Below, piece by piece: positions 10,370 to 20,140 of a DNA stretch of 64,000 bases (its first letter is position 1; each line of letters begins with the position of its first letter). The notes beneath the pieces were generated by a model that did no database searches, was not told where the DNA came from, and saw nothing but the letters and a program-made list of their open reading frames with translations. The position numbers and the translations under genes were made by a program. Where the stretch lies: contig JBIJDH010000017.1 of the NCBI GenBank assembly GCA_044344255.1, forward strand, positions 1 to 64,000, written 5' to 3'. Source of the stretch: Myxococcota bacterium. Lineage in GTDB: Bacteria > Myxococcota_A > UBA796 > UBA2385.

Positions 10370-13063
10370 ATGGCGCCACGAGCGAGCCCCATGCACGAAC
10401 CGACTCAACGCCCCCCCCCCGGAACCCTGCCGAGAAGCGGCGGGGGGCCCGCCGCCCCCGTCCCCGCCGTGCCGCCCACCGGTTGGGCGGAGCTCACGCC
10501 GCCCGAGCCGGGCGCGATGACGGAGGACAGTCGGGCCGGCGAAGTGCCGATCGAAGAGGTGTCCTACCCTGGGCTGCTGCGCCCGGTCCGCCTCCCCAAC
10601 GCCAAGAAGGTGCGCGACCTCGTCGCCGCCCCGCCGCGGGAGCGCTACCGCGAGGGAAACCTGATCGGCAAGGGCGGCGCCGGAGAGGTCCGACGCAGCC
10701 TCGACCGCGCGCTCGGCCGCGTGGTGGCCGTCAAGACGCTGCGCCCCGAGCTCGCCAAGGACGCAGGCATGGTCGTGCGCTTCATGCACGAGGCCCAGGT
10801 GGTGGCGCAGCTCGAGCACCCCGCCATCGTCCCGGTGCACGATCTCGGGCGCCTCCCCGACGGCCGCTGGTTCCTCACGATGAAGGAGATCCAAGGGCGC
10901 ACGCTCCGCGAGCTCATCACCGGCCTGCACTCGGCCCGGCAGCTCGGCTCCTTCGTGCCCACCTCCGACGGCTGGACCCTGCGCCGCCTGATCGAGGTCT
11001 TCCGCACGGTCTGTGAGGCGATCGCCTTCGCCCACTCGAAGGGGGTGCTCCACCGGGACCTCAAGCCCGACAACGTGATGGTGGGAGACTACGGCGAGGT
11101 CTACGTCGTCGACTGGGGGCTCTCCCGCCTCCTCAACACCCCCTCGGAGGACGAGGACGAGCACCCCGCAGGGTCGCCCCGTCGCCGCGAGGGGCAGACG
11201 CGCCACGGCGTCGTGGTGGGCACGCCCGCCTACATGCCGCCCGAGCAGGCCCGCGGCGACCGCGACCGCATGGGCCCCTGGTCCGACGTCTGGGCCCTCG
11301 GCGCGCTGCTGTACGCCATCTCCTACGGCCGGCCCCCCTACCGCGGCTCGGCCGAGCAGGTGCTCCAGCTCGTCCAGGCCGGCCCCCCGGCGCCGGTCGA
11401 GGGGATGCACGTCCCCGAGGCCATCGTCGATGTGTGGCGCCGCTGCATGTGCATGAACCCCGAAGACCGCTACCGGGAGGCGCGCCAGGTCGCCGAGGAC
11501 ATCGACGCCTGGCTCGAGGGCTCGCGGGCCCGAGAGAAGGCGTTGGTGCTGGTCGACGCCGCGCGGGCGCTCGTCCCGAAGCTCAAGGAGACCCTCACCC
11601 GCACCACCCGCTCCCGAGAGAAGGCGCGGGCAGCGGTGGTGGCGCTCCGCCCCTCCGACAGCCTCGACGCCAAAGAGTCAGCCTGGGCCCTGGAAGATGA
11701 GGCAGAGACCGTCCAGGAGGAGCTTGAAGACCTCTACCTCGAGATCTCCACCAAGGCCCGCCTCGCCCTCGCCCAGGTGGCCGACCTCGCCGAGGCCCGC
11801 TCGATGCTGGCCGACGTCTACCGAGCCCAGGCCGAGACCGCCGAGACCCAGGGAGACCGTAAGGCCTCCCGAGAATACCGAGCTTTGCTCCAAGACTACG
11901 ACGACGGCCGCCACGCGGACTACCTCAAGGCCGAGGGTGAGCTCTCCCTCGACACCGAGCCGCGCGGCGCCCGGGTCCGCATCTTCCGCTACGAGCAGAA
12001 GGCCCGCCGCCTCGTGCCGAAGAAGTGCGCCACCACCGGCCCGACCCCCGTGCGCGACCTCCGCCTGCCAGTCGGCAGCTACATCCTCGAGATCCAACAA
12101 GACGACGACAGCCCGCGTGTTCGCTACCCCGTGCGCATCGGCCGCGGCGAGCCGTGGAAGGCGGTCGCCCCCGGCGGCAAGGACCTCCACCGTGTCCTCC
12201 TGCCCCCCAAGCAGAAGCTGCTGCCGATCGAGCGCCTCGTGCCGGCGGGCTGGTTCATCTCCGGCGGGGACTCCGAGGCGATGGGCGGCCTGCCCCGCCA
12301 GCGGCTCTGGCTCGACGACTTCACCATCGCCCACCGGCCGGTCTCGCACCGGGAGTACCTCTCCTTCCTCAACGATCTGCATGACCAGGGGCGTCAAGCC
12401 GAGGCCGAGCGCCGCCAGCCCCGACTGCCGGGCCGCCACCGCGAGGAGCTCGTAAAGATCTACCGCGAGGAGACCGATGGGCGCTTCATCCTCACCGACC
12501 GGGTGGGCGAGCTGCGCATCGACGCCGAGTCGCCGGTCATCGGCGTCACCTGGTACGACGCCAACGCCTTCTGTCGCTGGCTCACCCAGCGCACCGGCCT
12601 GCTCTGGCGCCTGCCCGGCGAGCTCGAGCGCGAGAAGGCGGCCCGCGGAGTAGACGGGCGCGCCTTCCCGTGGGGCGACCTCTCCGATCCGGCCTTTCAC
12701 TGCATGCAGGACTCCGCCCTCGGCGTCCCCGGCCCGCCGCCCCCGGGCGAGTTCGACATCGACAAGAGCCCCTACGGCGTGCTCGGCCTCGCCGGAGGCG
12801 TCACCGAGTGGTGCGCCGACCTCTACCGCCCCACGGGCCCCGACCGAAAGGGCTCGACCGCGGTGCCCCCCGAGCCGCCGGACGCCGCCGCCACCGAGCC
12901 CCGAGACCACGCGCCGCGGCGGGTGATCCGCGGCGGCGCCTGGAACCTCCCAGCGCGGGCGGGGCGGGCCGCCTCCCGTTCGGCCAGCCCCCCCGACCGA
13001 CGGTCCGACAACCTCGGCTTTCGTGTCTGCCGCGGCTACCTCGTGGTCGACGGCGGCGGCTGA
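10370..13063 (+). CDS. Ser/Thr protein kinase fused to PEGA-like and FGE-sulfatase domains (start may be 10391)
   Basis: Kinase motifs GKGGAG, VAVK, HRDLKPDN, DWG and GTPAYMPPE. FGE motifs WRLP.E.EREKAARG.DGR.FPWG, RVIRGGAW and NLGFR. Confidence 0.92.
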   Translation: MAPRASPMHEPTQRPPPGTLPRSGGGPAAPVPAVPPTGWAELTPPEPGAMTEDSRAGEVPIEEVSYPGLLRPVRLPNAKKVRDLVAAPPRERYREGNLIGKGGAGEVRRSLDRALGRVVAVKTLRPELAKDAGMVVRFMHEAQVVAQLEHPAIVPVHDLGRLPDGRWFLTMKEIQGRTLRELITGLHSARQLGSFVPTSDGWTLRRLIEVFRTVCEAIAFAHSKGVLHRDLKPDNVMVGDYGEVYVVDWGLSRLLNTPSEDEDEHPAGSPRRREGQTRHGVVVGTPAYMPPEQARGDRDRMGPWSDVWALGALLYAISYGRPPYRGSAEQVLQLVQAGPPAPVEGMHVPEAIVDVWRRCMCMNPEDRYREARQVAEDIDAWLEGSRAREKALVLVDAARALVPKLKETLTRTTRSREKARAAVVALRPSDSLDAKESAWALEDEAETVQEELEDLYLEISTKARLALAQVADLAEARSMLADVYRAQAETAETQGDRKASREYRALLQDYDDGRHADYLKAEGELSLDTEPRGARVRIFRYEQKARRLVPKKCATTGPTPVRDLRLPVGSYILEIQQDDDSPRVRYPVRIGRGEPWKAVAPGGKDLHRVLLPPKQKLLPIERLVPAGWFISGGDSEAMGGLPRQRLWLDDFTIAHRPVSHREYLSFLNDLHDQGRQAEAERRQPRLPGRHREELVKIYREETDGRFILTDRVGELRIDAESPVIGVTWYDANAFCRWLTQRTGLLWRLPGELEREKAARGVDGRAFPWGDLSDPAFHCMQDSALGVPGPPPPGEFDIDKSPYGVLGLAGGVTEWCADLYRPTGPDRKGSTAVPPEPPDAAATEPRDHAPRRVIRGGAWNLPARAGRAASRSASPPDRRSDNLGFRVCRGYLVVDGGG

Positions 13064-13119
13064 CGCGCCGGCGGTGAGGAGCGGGCCCCTCGGGCCTGCG
13101 CAGGTGGTAGGATCGCCCC

Positions 13120-13983
13120 ATGTCCTCGACCTACCAGGCTGGCTACTTTTGTGATCGCGGCGTGGGCCCCGAGGCCGGGGGGCGCGAGGCGAACGAGGAC
13201 AACTTCATCGTCTGCCTCGATGGCCGCTCACGGATGGTGGCGGCCGGGCGGATCGTAGAGGAGGAGCTCTCGGGCAAGGGCCAGCTCTTCGCAGTCGCCG
13301 ACGGGATGGGCGGGCACGAGCACGGCGCCCTCGCCAGCGCCGCGGCGGTGCAAGCCCTCACTCGCCTCTTTCGGCAGGACCCCGGCGACAACGCCGAGCT
13401 CGCCCTGCACACCTTCTTCATCCGCGCCCATCACCGCCTCCGCGAGCGGGCCCGGGAGAAGGGGGCCGCGAACATGGGCACAACCCTCTCCGCGGTCTGG
13501 GTCCACGGCGCCGAGGCCGCCTGGGCGCACGTCGGCGACAGCCGCCTCTACCACATGCGCGGCGGCACCCTCATCACGCTCACCCGGGACCACACCCGCG
13601 GAGAGTTCGCCTGGCGCGACGGGCGGCCGACCCCGGTGGAGGCCCGCGCCCTCACCCAGAACTTCATCTTCGGCTCGCGCGGCTTCGGCCACGACGAAGA
13701 CGTGCGCATCGACGCCGGCACCGACACCGGCACGCTGACGCTCTTCCCCGGAGATCGGCTGCTGCTCTGCACCGACGGCGTCCACGGCAGCATGCAGCCG
13801 GCCCGCATCCGCGACCTGCTGTCGGAGGGCGACGACCCCCAGGCCCAGGCCGAGGCGCTCTGCACCGAGAGCATGGCGAACGGCGCGGTCGACAACGTCA
13901 CCGCCGTCGTGGTTCACGTCATCATCCCCTCCGGCTACACCGAGCGAGGCGGTGAGTACCGCGAATGGCGGCCCGACGAATGA
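13120..13983 (+). CDS. PP2C-family Ser/Thr phosphatase
   Basis: Motifs REANED, VADGMGGH, MGTT, HVGDSRLY, LLCTDG and DNVT. Confidence 0.93.
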   Translation: MSSTYQAGYFCDRGVGPEAGGREANEDNFIVCLDGRSRMVAAGRIVEEELSGKGQLFAVADGMGGHEHGALASAAAVQALTRLFRQDPGDNAELALHTFFIRAHHRLRERAREKGAANMGTTLSAVWVHGAEAAWAHVGDSRLYHMRGGTLITLTRDHTRGEFAWRDGRPTPVEARALTQNFIFGSRGFGHDEDVRIDAGTDTGTLTLFPGDRLLLCTDGVHGSMQPARIRDLLSEGDDPQAQAEALCTESMANGAVDNVTAVVVHVIIPSGYTERGGEYREWRPDE

Positions 13984-14663
13984 GCCCGCGTCTCCCCCTC
14001 TCCGCCGCCGCGGCGCGCGGCCTCCCGCTGATCGCGCTGGCGGCCGCCTGCATCCAGCAGCAGGACCCCGAATTCGGAGGCGGGGGTGACAACAACCCGA
14101 GCGGCGAGCTCCACGGCGGCGGGAGCGGCGGCGACGGGGCAGACGGCGGCGGCGGCGGCGACGGTGCCACCGACGGCGCGACCGACAGCGGCGGAGACGG
14201 CGGAGACGGCGGAGAGCCCACCTTCACCGGCACGGGCTACCAGGTGGGCGACGTCGCTTACAACCTCGTGGCCACCGATCACACCGGCCAGGAGTGGTCG
14301 CTGTGGAGCGCCGCGGGCGAGCCGGTGGTGCTCGTGGTGGGCTCGCTCACCCCGGGCGCCAGCCTCGACCAGATGCTCACCTGGCTCGACGACGTCGACC
14401 GCGAAGAGGACGTGACCGTCGCGATCCTCCTCGGCTACGACGAGACCACCGCCGTCGCCGACCAGGCCGACGCCGCGGCCGCCTGGGGCCGCTGCCCGGT
14501 CACGAGCGTGCTGATCGGCGACACCAACCTCACCGACTACACCCTCTGGTCGGACGCCAACCCGCCCAAGCTCTACCTCATCGACCGTGACATGGTCATC
14601 CGCGTGACGAGCTACGGCGCCGCCTCAGAAGACAGCGTCCGCGCGGCGATCTCGGCGCTCTGA
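13980..14663 (+). CDS. Lipoprotein with Gly/Asp linker and redoxin-like C-terminal domain
   Basis: ATGA overlap with the PP2C gene; lipobox LAAAC; GY.VGD.A.N....D..G...SL and P..YLIDRDM.I patterns; no CxxC. Confidence 0.7.
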   Translation: MSPRLPLSAAAARGLPLIALAAACIQQQDPEFGGGGDNNPSGELHGGGSGGDGADGGGGGDGATDGATDSGGDGGDGGEPTFTGTGYQVGDVAYNLVATDHTGQEWSLWSAAGEPVVLVVGSLTPGASLDQMLTWLDDVDREEDVTVAILLGYDETTAVADQADAAAAWGRCPVTSVLIGDTNLTDYTLWSDANPPKLYLIDRDMVIRVTSYGAASEDSVRAAISAL

Positions 14664-14668
14664 GGCCC

Positions 14669-15892
14669 TCAGCAGCCGGGGAGCTGATCTCCCGCCGCGC
14701 CGTCGGGCCCCGCGAGGGCGTCGTGCAGGGCCCGGGCCTCGCGCAGGAGGCGAGCCCCCGCCGCGGTCGGCCGGCCCAGCTCCTCGACGATCTGAAGCCC
14801 GCGTGCGTTGGAGGCCAGCACCGCCGCCCGCCGCCGCTGAAAGGCCGCGGTCTCGGCGAGGGGGTGCCCGGCCTCCTCCAGCCCCGCGTGGAGCGCGGCG
14901 ACGGGCACGAAGGCGTGCACCGCCAACAGCACCCCCATCAGCGGCCGCAAGTCCGGCCGCACAGGGGAGGCTGTCCAGGTGGTGCGCCCATTCTCGAGCA
15001 CAGCGTCGAGCAGCGAGAGCACGTTGAGCTTGCTGTGCTGGGTCTCGTGGACGATCGCCTCGGCGAGGGTCAAGGGATCGGGGTGGAGCGTGAGGTAGGC
15101 GAGCCCGGGGGCCTCTCGGTAAGAGGCGCTCAGGTGCCGCTCCGGCTCGAAGCCCACGGGCAGGAGGCGCTGCAGCGCCAGCGGGAGCTCAGCGGCCCAC
15201 GCCGGCAGGCCCCGCTCGATCAGGCCGAGCGCCTGATCGAGGGCCGCCGCCCACTCCTCGGTGGAGCGACCGCCGAGATCGAGGCGATTGCCCTGCTTGT
15301 CCGGATGATCCTCGACCGATGCCAGGGGGTTCGAGTCGAAGAGCGAGAGCGAGATCCCGGGCCGCAGGGGCAAGAAGGGCTGGCTGGCCTGAAGCTCGGG
15401 GTGCTCGGGGGCGAGGCGGCGCCCGTCCGCGAGGCGGAGCTCCACCCCGGCGGCGTCGCAGAGCAGGGCCGAGGCGGGGGTGGAGAGGTGGAGGACGCGG
15501 CCGCCGACGCCGTCGACCAGGGTGGAGAGCGGCCCCTCCCAGACCACCGCCTCCGGCAAGGCGCCGCGGCGACAGAGGCCGACGAGCAGCGCCGGGACCG
15601 CGGCCTCGAGCAGCGGGCCGGGCTCATGGCGCCCCCCCTCGAGCAGCAACAGCGGCGTCAGCACATCGACCGCGCCGAGGGCGGCGAACAGGGCCTCGGG
15701 GTGGCGTCGGGCGAGCTCCGGCAGGAGGACCTGCACCCGACGGAGGGAGGCGGCCTGAGCGGGGGCCATGCCCGGCGGCGGCGGCGCGCCGAGGAGGGCG
15801 CGGAGGCCGAGCAGGCGCACCTTTCGGAGCAGGGCGGCGAAGCTCCGGTCGTCCGGGCCCGGGTGGAGCAGGAAGGCGAAGGGCGCGCGCAT
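14669..15892 (-). CDS. HExxH-motif peptide-modification protein (aKG-HExxH family)
   Basis: Motifs SASY...PG, LAEAIVHETQHSKL and SPVRPDLRPLMGVLLAVHAF. Confidence 0.85.
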   Translation of the reverse strand: MRAPFAFLLHPGPDDRSFAALLRKVRLLGLRALLGAPPPPGMAPAQAASLRRVQVLLPELARRHPEALFAALGAVDVLTPLLLLEGGRHEPGPLLEAAVPALLVGLCRRGALPEAVVWEGPLSTLVDGVGGRVLHLSTPASALLCDAAGVELRLADGRRLAPEHPELQASQPFLPLRPGISLSLFDSNPLASVEDHPDKQGNRLDLGGRSTEEWAAALDQALGLIERGLPAWAAELPLALQRLLPVGFEPERHLSASYREAPGLAYLTLHPDPLTLAEAIVHETQHSKLNVLSLLDAVLENGRTTWTASPVRPDLRPLMGVLLAVHAFVPVAALHAGLEEAGHPLAETAAFQRRRAAVLASNARGLQIVEELGRPTAAGARLLREARALHDALAGPDGAAGDQLPGC

Positions 15893-16022
15893 CGGCGAGG
15901 TGTAGCACGCGGGCGAGCCGCCTCGGCCGCGCTCCGGCTGGCACCCCAGGGCCTCACGGTGGTAGGGAGGGAGATCCCACCTCCGTCCGCGCGGTCCCCT
16001 CCCCCTCGTCCCCGAGCTTGAT

Positions 16023-18419
16023 TTGCAGATCCTCGACCCCGCTGATCTGTTCGCGGGTGACGCGTCCGGGAAGGTGCTCGCCGCCGAACGCCACTTTCGG
16101 CTGACCCTCGTACGGGACCCCGAGAGCGAAGACTTCGACATCGCCTACTCGATGATGGCCGGCTTCTTCCAACCCCGGGGTGAAGTCGAAGACCGCGGGG
16201 TCCTGGAGCAGTGGCTCCGCGCCGATCGGCACCATGAGGGGCTCATCATGCGCTACGCGCTGGTGCTCGCCCGCGATGAACAGGGCGCGCCTGCGGGCGT
16301 GCGAGACCTGATGATCGCCGTCGATCGCGGCCGGCGACGCTGCGTCTCCCTGCTGTCTCACAGCTTTGTCACCGAGCCGAACCGCCGCAGCGGCCTCGCC
16401 GCGGTCCTGCGCACCGTGCCGGTCACCATCTCTCGGGGCTACTGCAGGGAGCTCGGCCTCGATCCCGCCGAGGTTGACACCCTGATCGTCGCCGAGATGG
16501 AGCTGCTCGACCCCGACAACCGAGACTCCCTCATCCGCCTGCTCGCGTACGGCCGCGGCGGCTTCGGGGTCATCCCCTCCTCCGCCCTGCCCTACGTCCA
16601 GCCCGACTTCGGCCTCCTCTCCCGCCCCGGCCGCCTCGCCGCCCCCATCCCGATGCTCGCGGTGGTGCGCTGGGTGGGCCACGAGGCCGAGCCCACCCTC
16701 CCCGCCACCCTCGTCGAGAGCGTGATCACGCACTTCGAGGGCATCCACCGCTGGGCCACAGACCCCGACGAGCTCCACTTCTGGTCTCGCATCACCCTCG
16801 AGGCCCTGCGGAACGACCGCCGGGACCCCATCCCCCTCACCCCCATCCCCGCTGAACCGAGGCTTATCGAGGGCTTCTTCCCCTTCCTCCAGAGTGAGGC
16901 GCTGCTGTGGTACCCCCCCTTCCAGCGCGGCGGACGGAGCCTCGACGTCGCGGTCGAGCGTGAGGCGCTCCGCCTCACCTGGGCACAAGCCCCGGAGCCC
17001 GAGACCCCCATGACCCCACCCCTCCTCACCGACATCCCCGGCGAGCCGCGGCAGGCCGAGGTCCATACCCGCATCCCCGGCCCTCGCTCAGAGGCCCTGC
17101 GCGCCCGCCATCAGCTGTTCCAGGAGGCGCGCACCGTCCACCTCTACCAGGACGCGAAGCGCAGCCTCGGCAACTACCTCATCGACGTCGACGGCAATGT
17201 GCTGCTCGACATCTACGCCCACATCGCCGCCCTGCCGCTCGGCTACAACCACCCGGCCCTGCTCGCGGCCTGGAAGGGCGGGCGCTTCGACTGGTGCGCC
17301 GGCTACCGCCCGGCCCTCGGCATCGCCCCCTCCGAGGAGTGGGTGGAGCTCGTGGAGGGGCCGCTCCGTCGCCTCGCGCCCGCCGGGCTCGACCACCTCG
17401 TCACGGTCACCACCGGCTCCGAGGCCGTGGAGAACGCGCTCAAGGCGGCCTTCATCCGCTTCGCCGCGAAGCGGCGCGGCGGCGCGGGCTGGACCGAAGA
17501 AGACCGCCTCCTGTCGATGGTCAACCGACAGCCGGGCATCAACCAGCTCAAGATCATCTCTTTCGAGGGTGGTTTTCACGGCCGCAGCATGGGCGCCCTC
17601 TCCACCACCCACAGCAAGGCGATCCACAAGCTCGACATCCCCGCCTTCGAGTGGCCGGTCGCCCCCTTCCCGGCCCTCAAGTTCCCCCTCGCCGCCCACC
17701 ACGACGAGAACCAGGCCGAGGAGGCCCGCTGTCGCCGCGCCGTGGAGGCCATCTTCGAGGCCCACCCCGGCGAGATCGCCGGCCTCATCGTCGAGCCCAT
17801 CCAGGGCGAGGGCGGCGACCGCCACGCCAGCCCCGGCTTCTTCGCCTTCCTGCGCGCCATCACCGCCACCCACGGCGCGGCCTTCATCGTAGACGAGGTC
17901 CAAACCGGCGGCGGCGCCACCGGCCAGCTCTGGGCCCACACCGCCTGGGGCCTCGACAGCCCGCCCGACATCGTCACCTTCTCAAAGAAGATGCAGATCG
18001 GTGGCTTTTACCTCCAACGCGGCTGGCTCCCCGTCGAGACCTACCGCATCTTCAACACCTTCCTCGGTGACCCGCTCCGCGCGGCCCAGCTCGGCGTCAT
18101 CGCCGAGGTGATCGAGCAGCAGGACCTCCTCGCCCTCGTACGCCAGAGCGGCGCTCTGCTGCTCGCCGGCCTCCACGAGCTCTGCGAACGTCACCCCGCC
18201 ACCCTCTCGGGGGCCCGCGCCGCCGGCACCTTCGCCGCCATCGACGTCACGGACGCCGCCACCCGCGATCGCCTCGTCGATGAGATGCGCCAGCGCGGTG
18301 TCGAAGCCGGTGGGTCGGGCGACCGCTCGATCCGCTTCCGGCCCGCCCTCATCTTTGCCCCTCGCCACGTGGCGGAGGTCCTGTCTGTCATCGGGGCCGC
18401 CGCACGGAGTCTGTCATGA
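16023..18419 (+). CDS. Fusion of a GNAT-like domain (about 330 aa) and a class-III PLP aminotransferase of the eukaryote-type 4-aminobutyrate transaminase subgroup
   Basis: N-terminus has VTEPNRRSGLA and AYGRGGF. C-terminus has GNYLIDVDGN, PLGYNHP, FHGR...LSTTHSKAIHKLDIPAFEWP, EPIQGEGGD, DEVQTG, TFSKKMQ and YRIFNT. No stop codon lies between the two parts. Confidence 0.85.
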   Translation: MQILDPADLFAGDASGKVLAAERHFRLTLVRDPESEDFDIAYSMMAGFFQPRGEVEDRGVLEQWLRADRHHEGLIMRYALVLARDEQGAPAGVRDLMIAVDRGRRRCVSLLSHSFVTEPNRRSGLAAVLRTVPVTISRGYCRELGLDPAEVDTLIVAEMELLDPDNRDSLIRLLAYGRGGFGVIPSSALPYVQPDFGLLSRPGRLAAPIPMLAVVRWVGHEAEPTLPATLVESVITHFEGIHRWATDPDELHFWSRITLEALRNDRRDPIPLTPIPAEPRLIEGFFPFLQSEALLWYPPFQRGGRSLDVAVEREALRLTWAQAPEPETPMTPPLLTDIPGEPRQAEVHTRIPGPRSEALRARHQLFQEARTVHLYQDAKRSLGNYLIDVDGNVLLDIYAHIAALPLGYNHPALLAAWKGGRFDWCAGYRPALGIAPSEEWVELVEGPLRRLAPAGLDHLVTVTTGSEAVENALKAAFIRFAAKRRGGAGWTEEDRLLSMVNRQPGINQLKIISFEGGFHGRSMGALSTTHSKAIHKLDIPAFEWPVAPFPALKFPLAAHHDENQAEEARCRRAVEAIFEAHPGEIAGLIVEPIQGEGGDRHASPGFFAFLRAITATHGAAFIVDEVQTGGGATGQLWAHTAWGLDSPPDIVTFSKKMQIGGFYLQRGWLPVETYRIFNTFLGDPLRAAQLGVIAEVIEQQDLLALVRQSGALLLAGLHELCERHPATLSGARAAGTFAAIDVTDAATRDRLVDEMRQRGVEAGGSGDRSIRFRPALIFAPRHVAEVLSVIGAAARSLS

Positions 18420-19369
18420 GCGCCCAGGACGTGAAGACCCAGGGAATCCGGGTCTTCCACTCGCGTCGATACTTCGCCGATCTCGGCGAGCACATCATGC
18501 CCATCCGCAAGTTCGGGCTCGTGCGCGACGCCATCGCCCGCTACGGCCTGCCGGTGCGGCTCAATGAGCCCGAGCCCGCCACCAACGTCGACCTGATGCG
18601 GGTCCACAGCGCGGCCTACATCCGCGCGATGGACACCGGCGAGCCTCGGTCCCTGGCCGAGTCGCAGAAGTTCCCCTGGTCGGCCAGCCTCTCCGAGGCC
18701 GTGCGCTGGACCAACGGCGGCACGCTGGAGGCCCTCGACGCCGCCCTCGAGGACGGCATCGCCGGCAACCTCGCGAGCGGCTTCCACCACGCCCACGCCG
18801 AGCACGGCGAGGGCTTCTGCACCTACAACGGCCTCGTGGTCGCGATGGAGCGGGCGCGGGTCCAGGGCCGCATCCGCCGCGCCCTCGTGCTCGACATGGA
18901 CCTCCACTACGGCAACGGCACCGCCTCGCTGCTCGCCAGCCGGCCGGACTTCCACCAGCTCTCCATCTACGGGAACTGGTACGAGAAGAACCTCGCCCAC
19001 CGCGACGTGAACGCCGGCAGCGCGCCGGACACCGCCAACTGCCGCGCCGTGCCCGTGCCCGCCGGCACCAAGGGCGAGGCCTACAAGGCCCTCCTCGCCG
19101 CCGAGCTCGGCCCCGCCATCGACCGCGCCCGCCCCGACGTGGTGCTCTACCAGGCCGGCGCCGACCCCTACAAGGAGGACCCCTACTCCCCCCTCGACCT
19201 CGAGGTCGAAGACCTGAAGGCCCGCGACCGCTTCGTCTTCGACACCTGCAAGCAGAAGGGGATCCCCGTGATGTGGGTGCTCGCAGGGGGCTACACGCCG
19301 GACGTCACGAAGGTCGTCCAGGTCCACCTGAACACCTTCCTCGCCGCCTGGGCCGCCTTCCGGAAGTGA
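18416..19369 (+). CDS. Histone deacetylase-family amidohydrolase
   Basis: Motifs GFHHA, GFC.YN, DMDLHYGNGT, YQAGAD and GGY; ATGA overlap with the upstream gene. Confidence 0.93.
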   Translation: MSAQDVKTQGIRVFHSRRYFADLGEHIMPIRKFGLVRDAIARYGLPVRLNEPEPATNVDLMRVHSAAYIRAMDTGEPRSLAESQKFPWSASLSEAVRWTNGGTLEALDAALEDGIAGNLASGFHHAHAEHGEGFCTYNGLVVAMERARVQGRIRRALVLDMDLHYGNGTASLLASRPDFHQLSIYGNWYEKNLAHRDVNAGSAPDTANCRAVPVPAGTKGEAYKALLAAELGPAIDRARPDVVLYQAGADPYKEDPYSPLDLEVEDLKARDRFVFDTCKQKGIPVMWVLAGGYTPDVTKVVQVHLNTFLAAWAAFRK

Positions 19370-19480
19370 GGCGGCGGGGGGGTGCCTCCCGGGGGCGCCG
19401 ATGCGCGGGAGCGGAGAGCCGGCCAGCCGCTCCTGCTCGCAGCGCGGACAGACCCTCAGCGCCCCGGAGAGTTCACCCAC

Positions 19481-20140
19481 ATGCTCTGTCTCCCCGCCCT
19501 CCTCGTCTTCATCGGCCTGGCCTCCGCGGTGAAGGTGCCCGCCACGGTGAACATCGGCCTCGGGCCGACGGTCGGGGCGCTGGCGAACCCGCTCTCGGGG
19601 GCCTTCGAGCCCGCCTGGGGCCTCAGCCTGCAGGTCGAGGGGCATGTGAGCGGCAAGGTCCTGCACTCCCGCAAGGTGATGCGGCGCGTGCCCAAGGCCT
19701 ACAAGAAGCGCGTGCGCGAGATGGATGACGCCCACGTCGTCCCCCTCCCGGTCATGCTGATCCCGGACACCGTGATGCTCGGCGGGCTCGGCTCGCGCGA
19801 GGTGGAGGTGCTCCCGGTGAGCTGGTCTCCGGTGGAGCTGTACCTCGCCCACCACACCGGCGGCCTCCACCGCCAGGTCGGGCTCCAGCTCCGCGGCTCT
19901 TGGCTCCGCGTGAAGGACGAAGACGCCGGCCCCGCCAATGGGTTCTGGCTCGGGGCCACGATCGCGCCCGAGATCCAATCGCCCTACAAGCAGCGGGTGG
20001 GCTTCGCCCTCGGCGGCCGCATCGGCCCGGGCCTGCCGGTCGTCTTCGGCGGCGCGCCCACCCACAAGGAGACGCTCTGGCTCGACATGGCGGCCCATGG
20101 CCGACTGGAGCTCCGCTTCCCGATTGAGGTCAAACGCTGA
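19481..20140 (+). CDS. Hypothetical exported protein, possibly an outer-membrane beta-strand protein
   Basis: GGAG SD; signal peptide MLCLPALLVFIGLASA; GC3-rich codons. Confidence 0.65.
   Translation: MLCLPALLVFIGLASAVKVPATVNIGLGPTVGALANPLSGAFEPAWGLSLQVEGHVSGKVLHSRKVMRRVPKAYKKRVREMDDAHVVPLPVMLIPDTVMLGGLGSREVEVLPVSWSPVELYLAHHTGGLHRQVGLQLRGSWLRVKDEDAGPANGFWLGATIAPEIQSPYKQRVGFALGGRIGPGLPVVFGGAPTHKETLWLDMAAHGRLELRFPIEVKR

Noticed and set aside
12900..13063. Second FGE C-terminus as DGR template or co-target of the gene at 783-1976
   Set aside because: It shares only short motif-level identity, differs at many non-A positions and is not AAC-rich.
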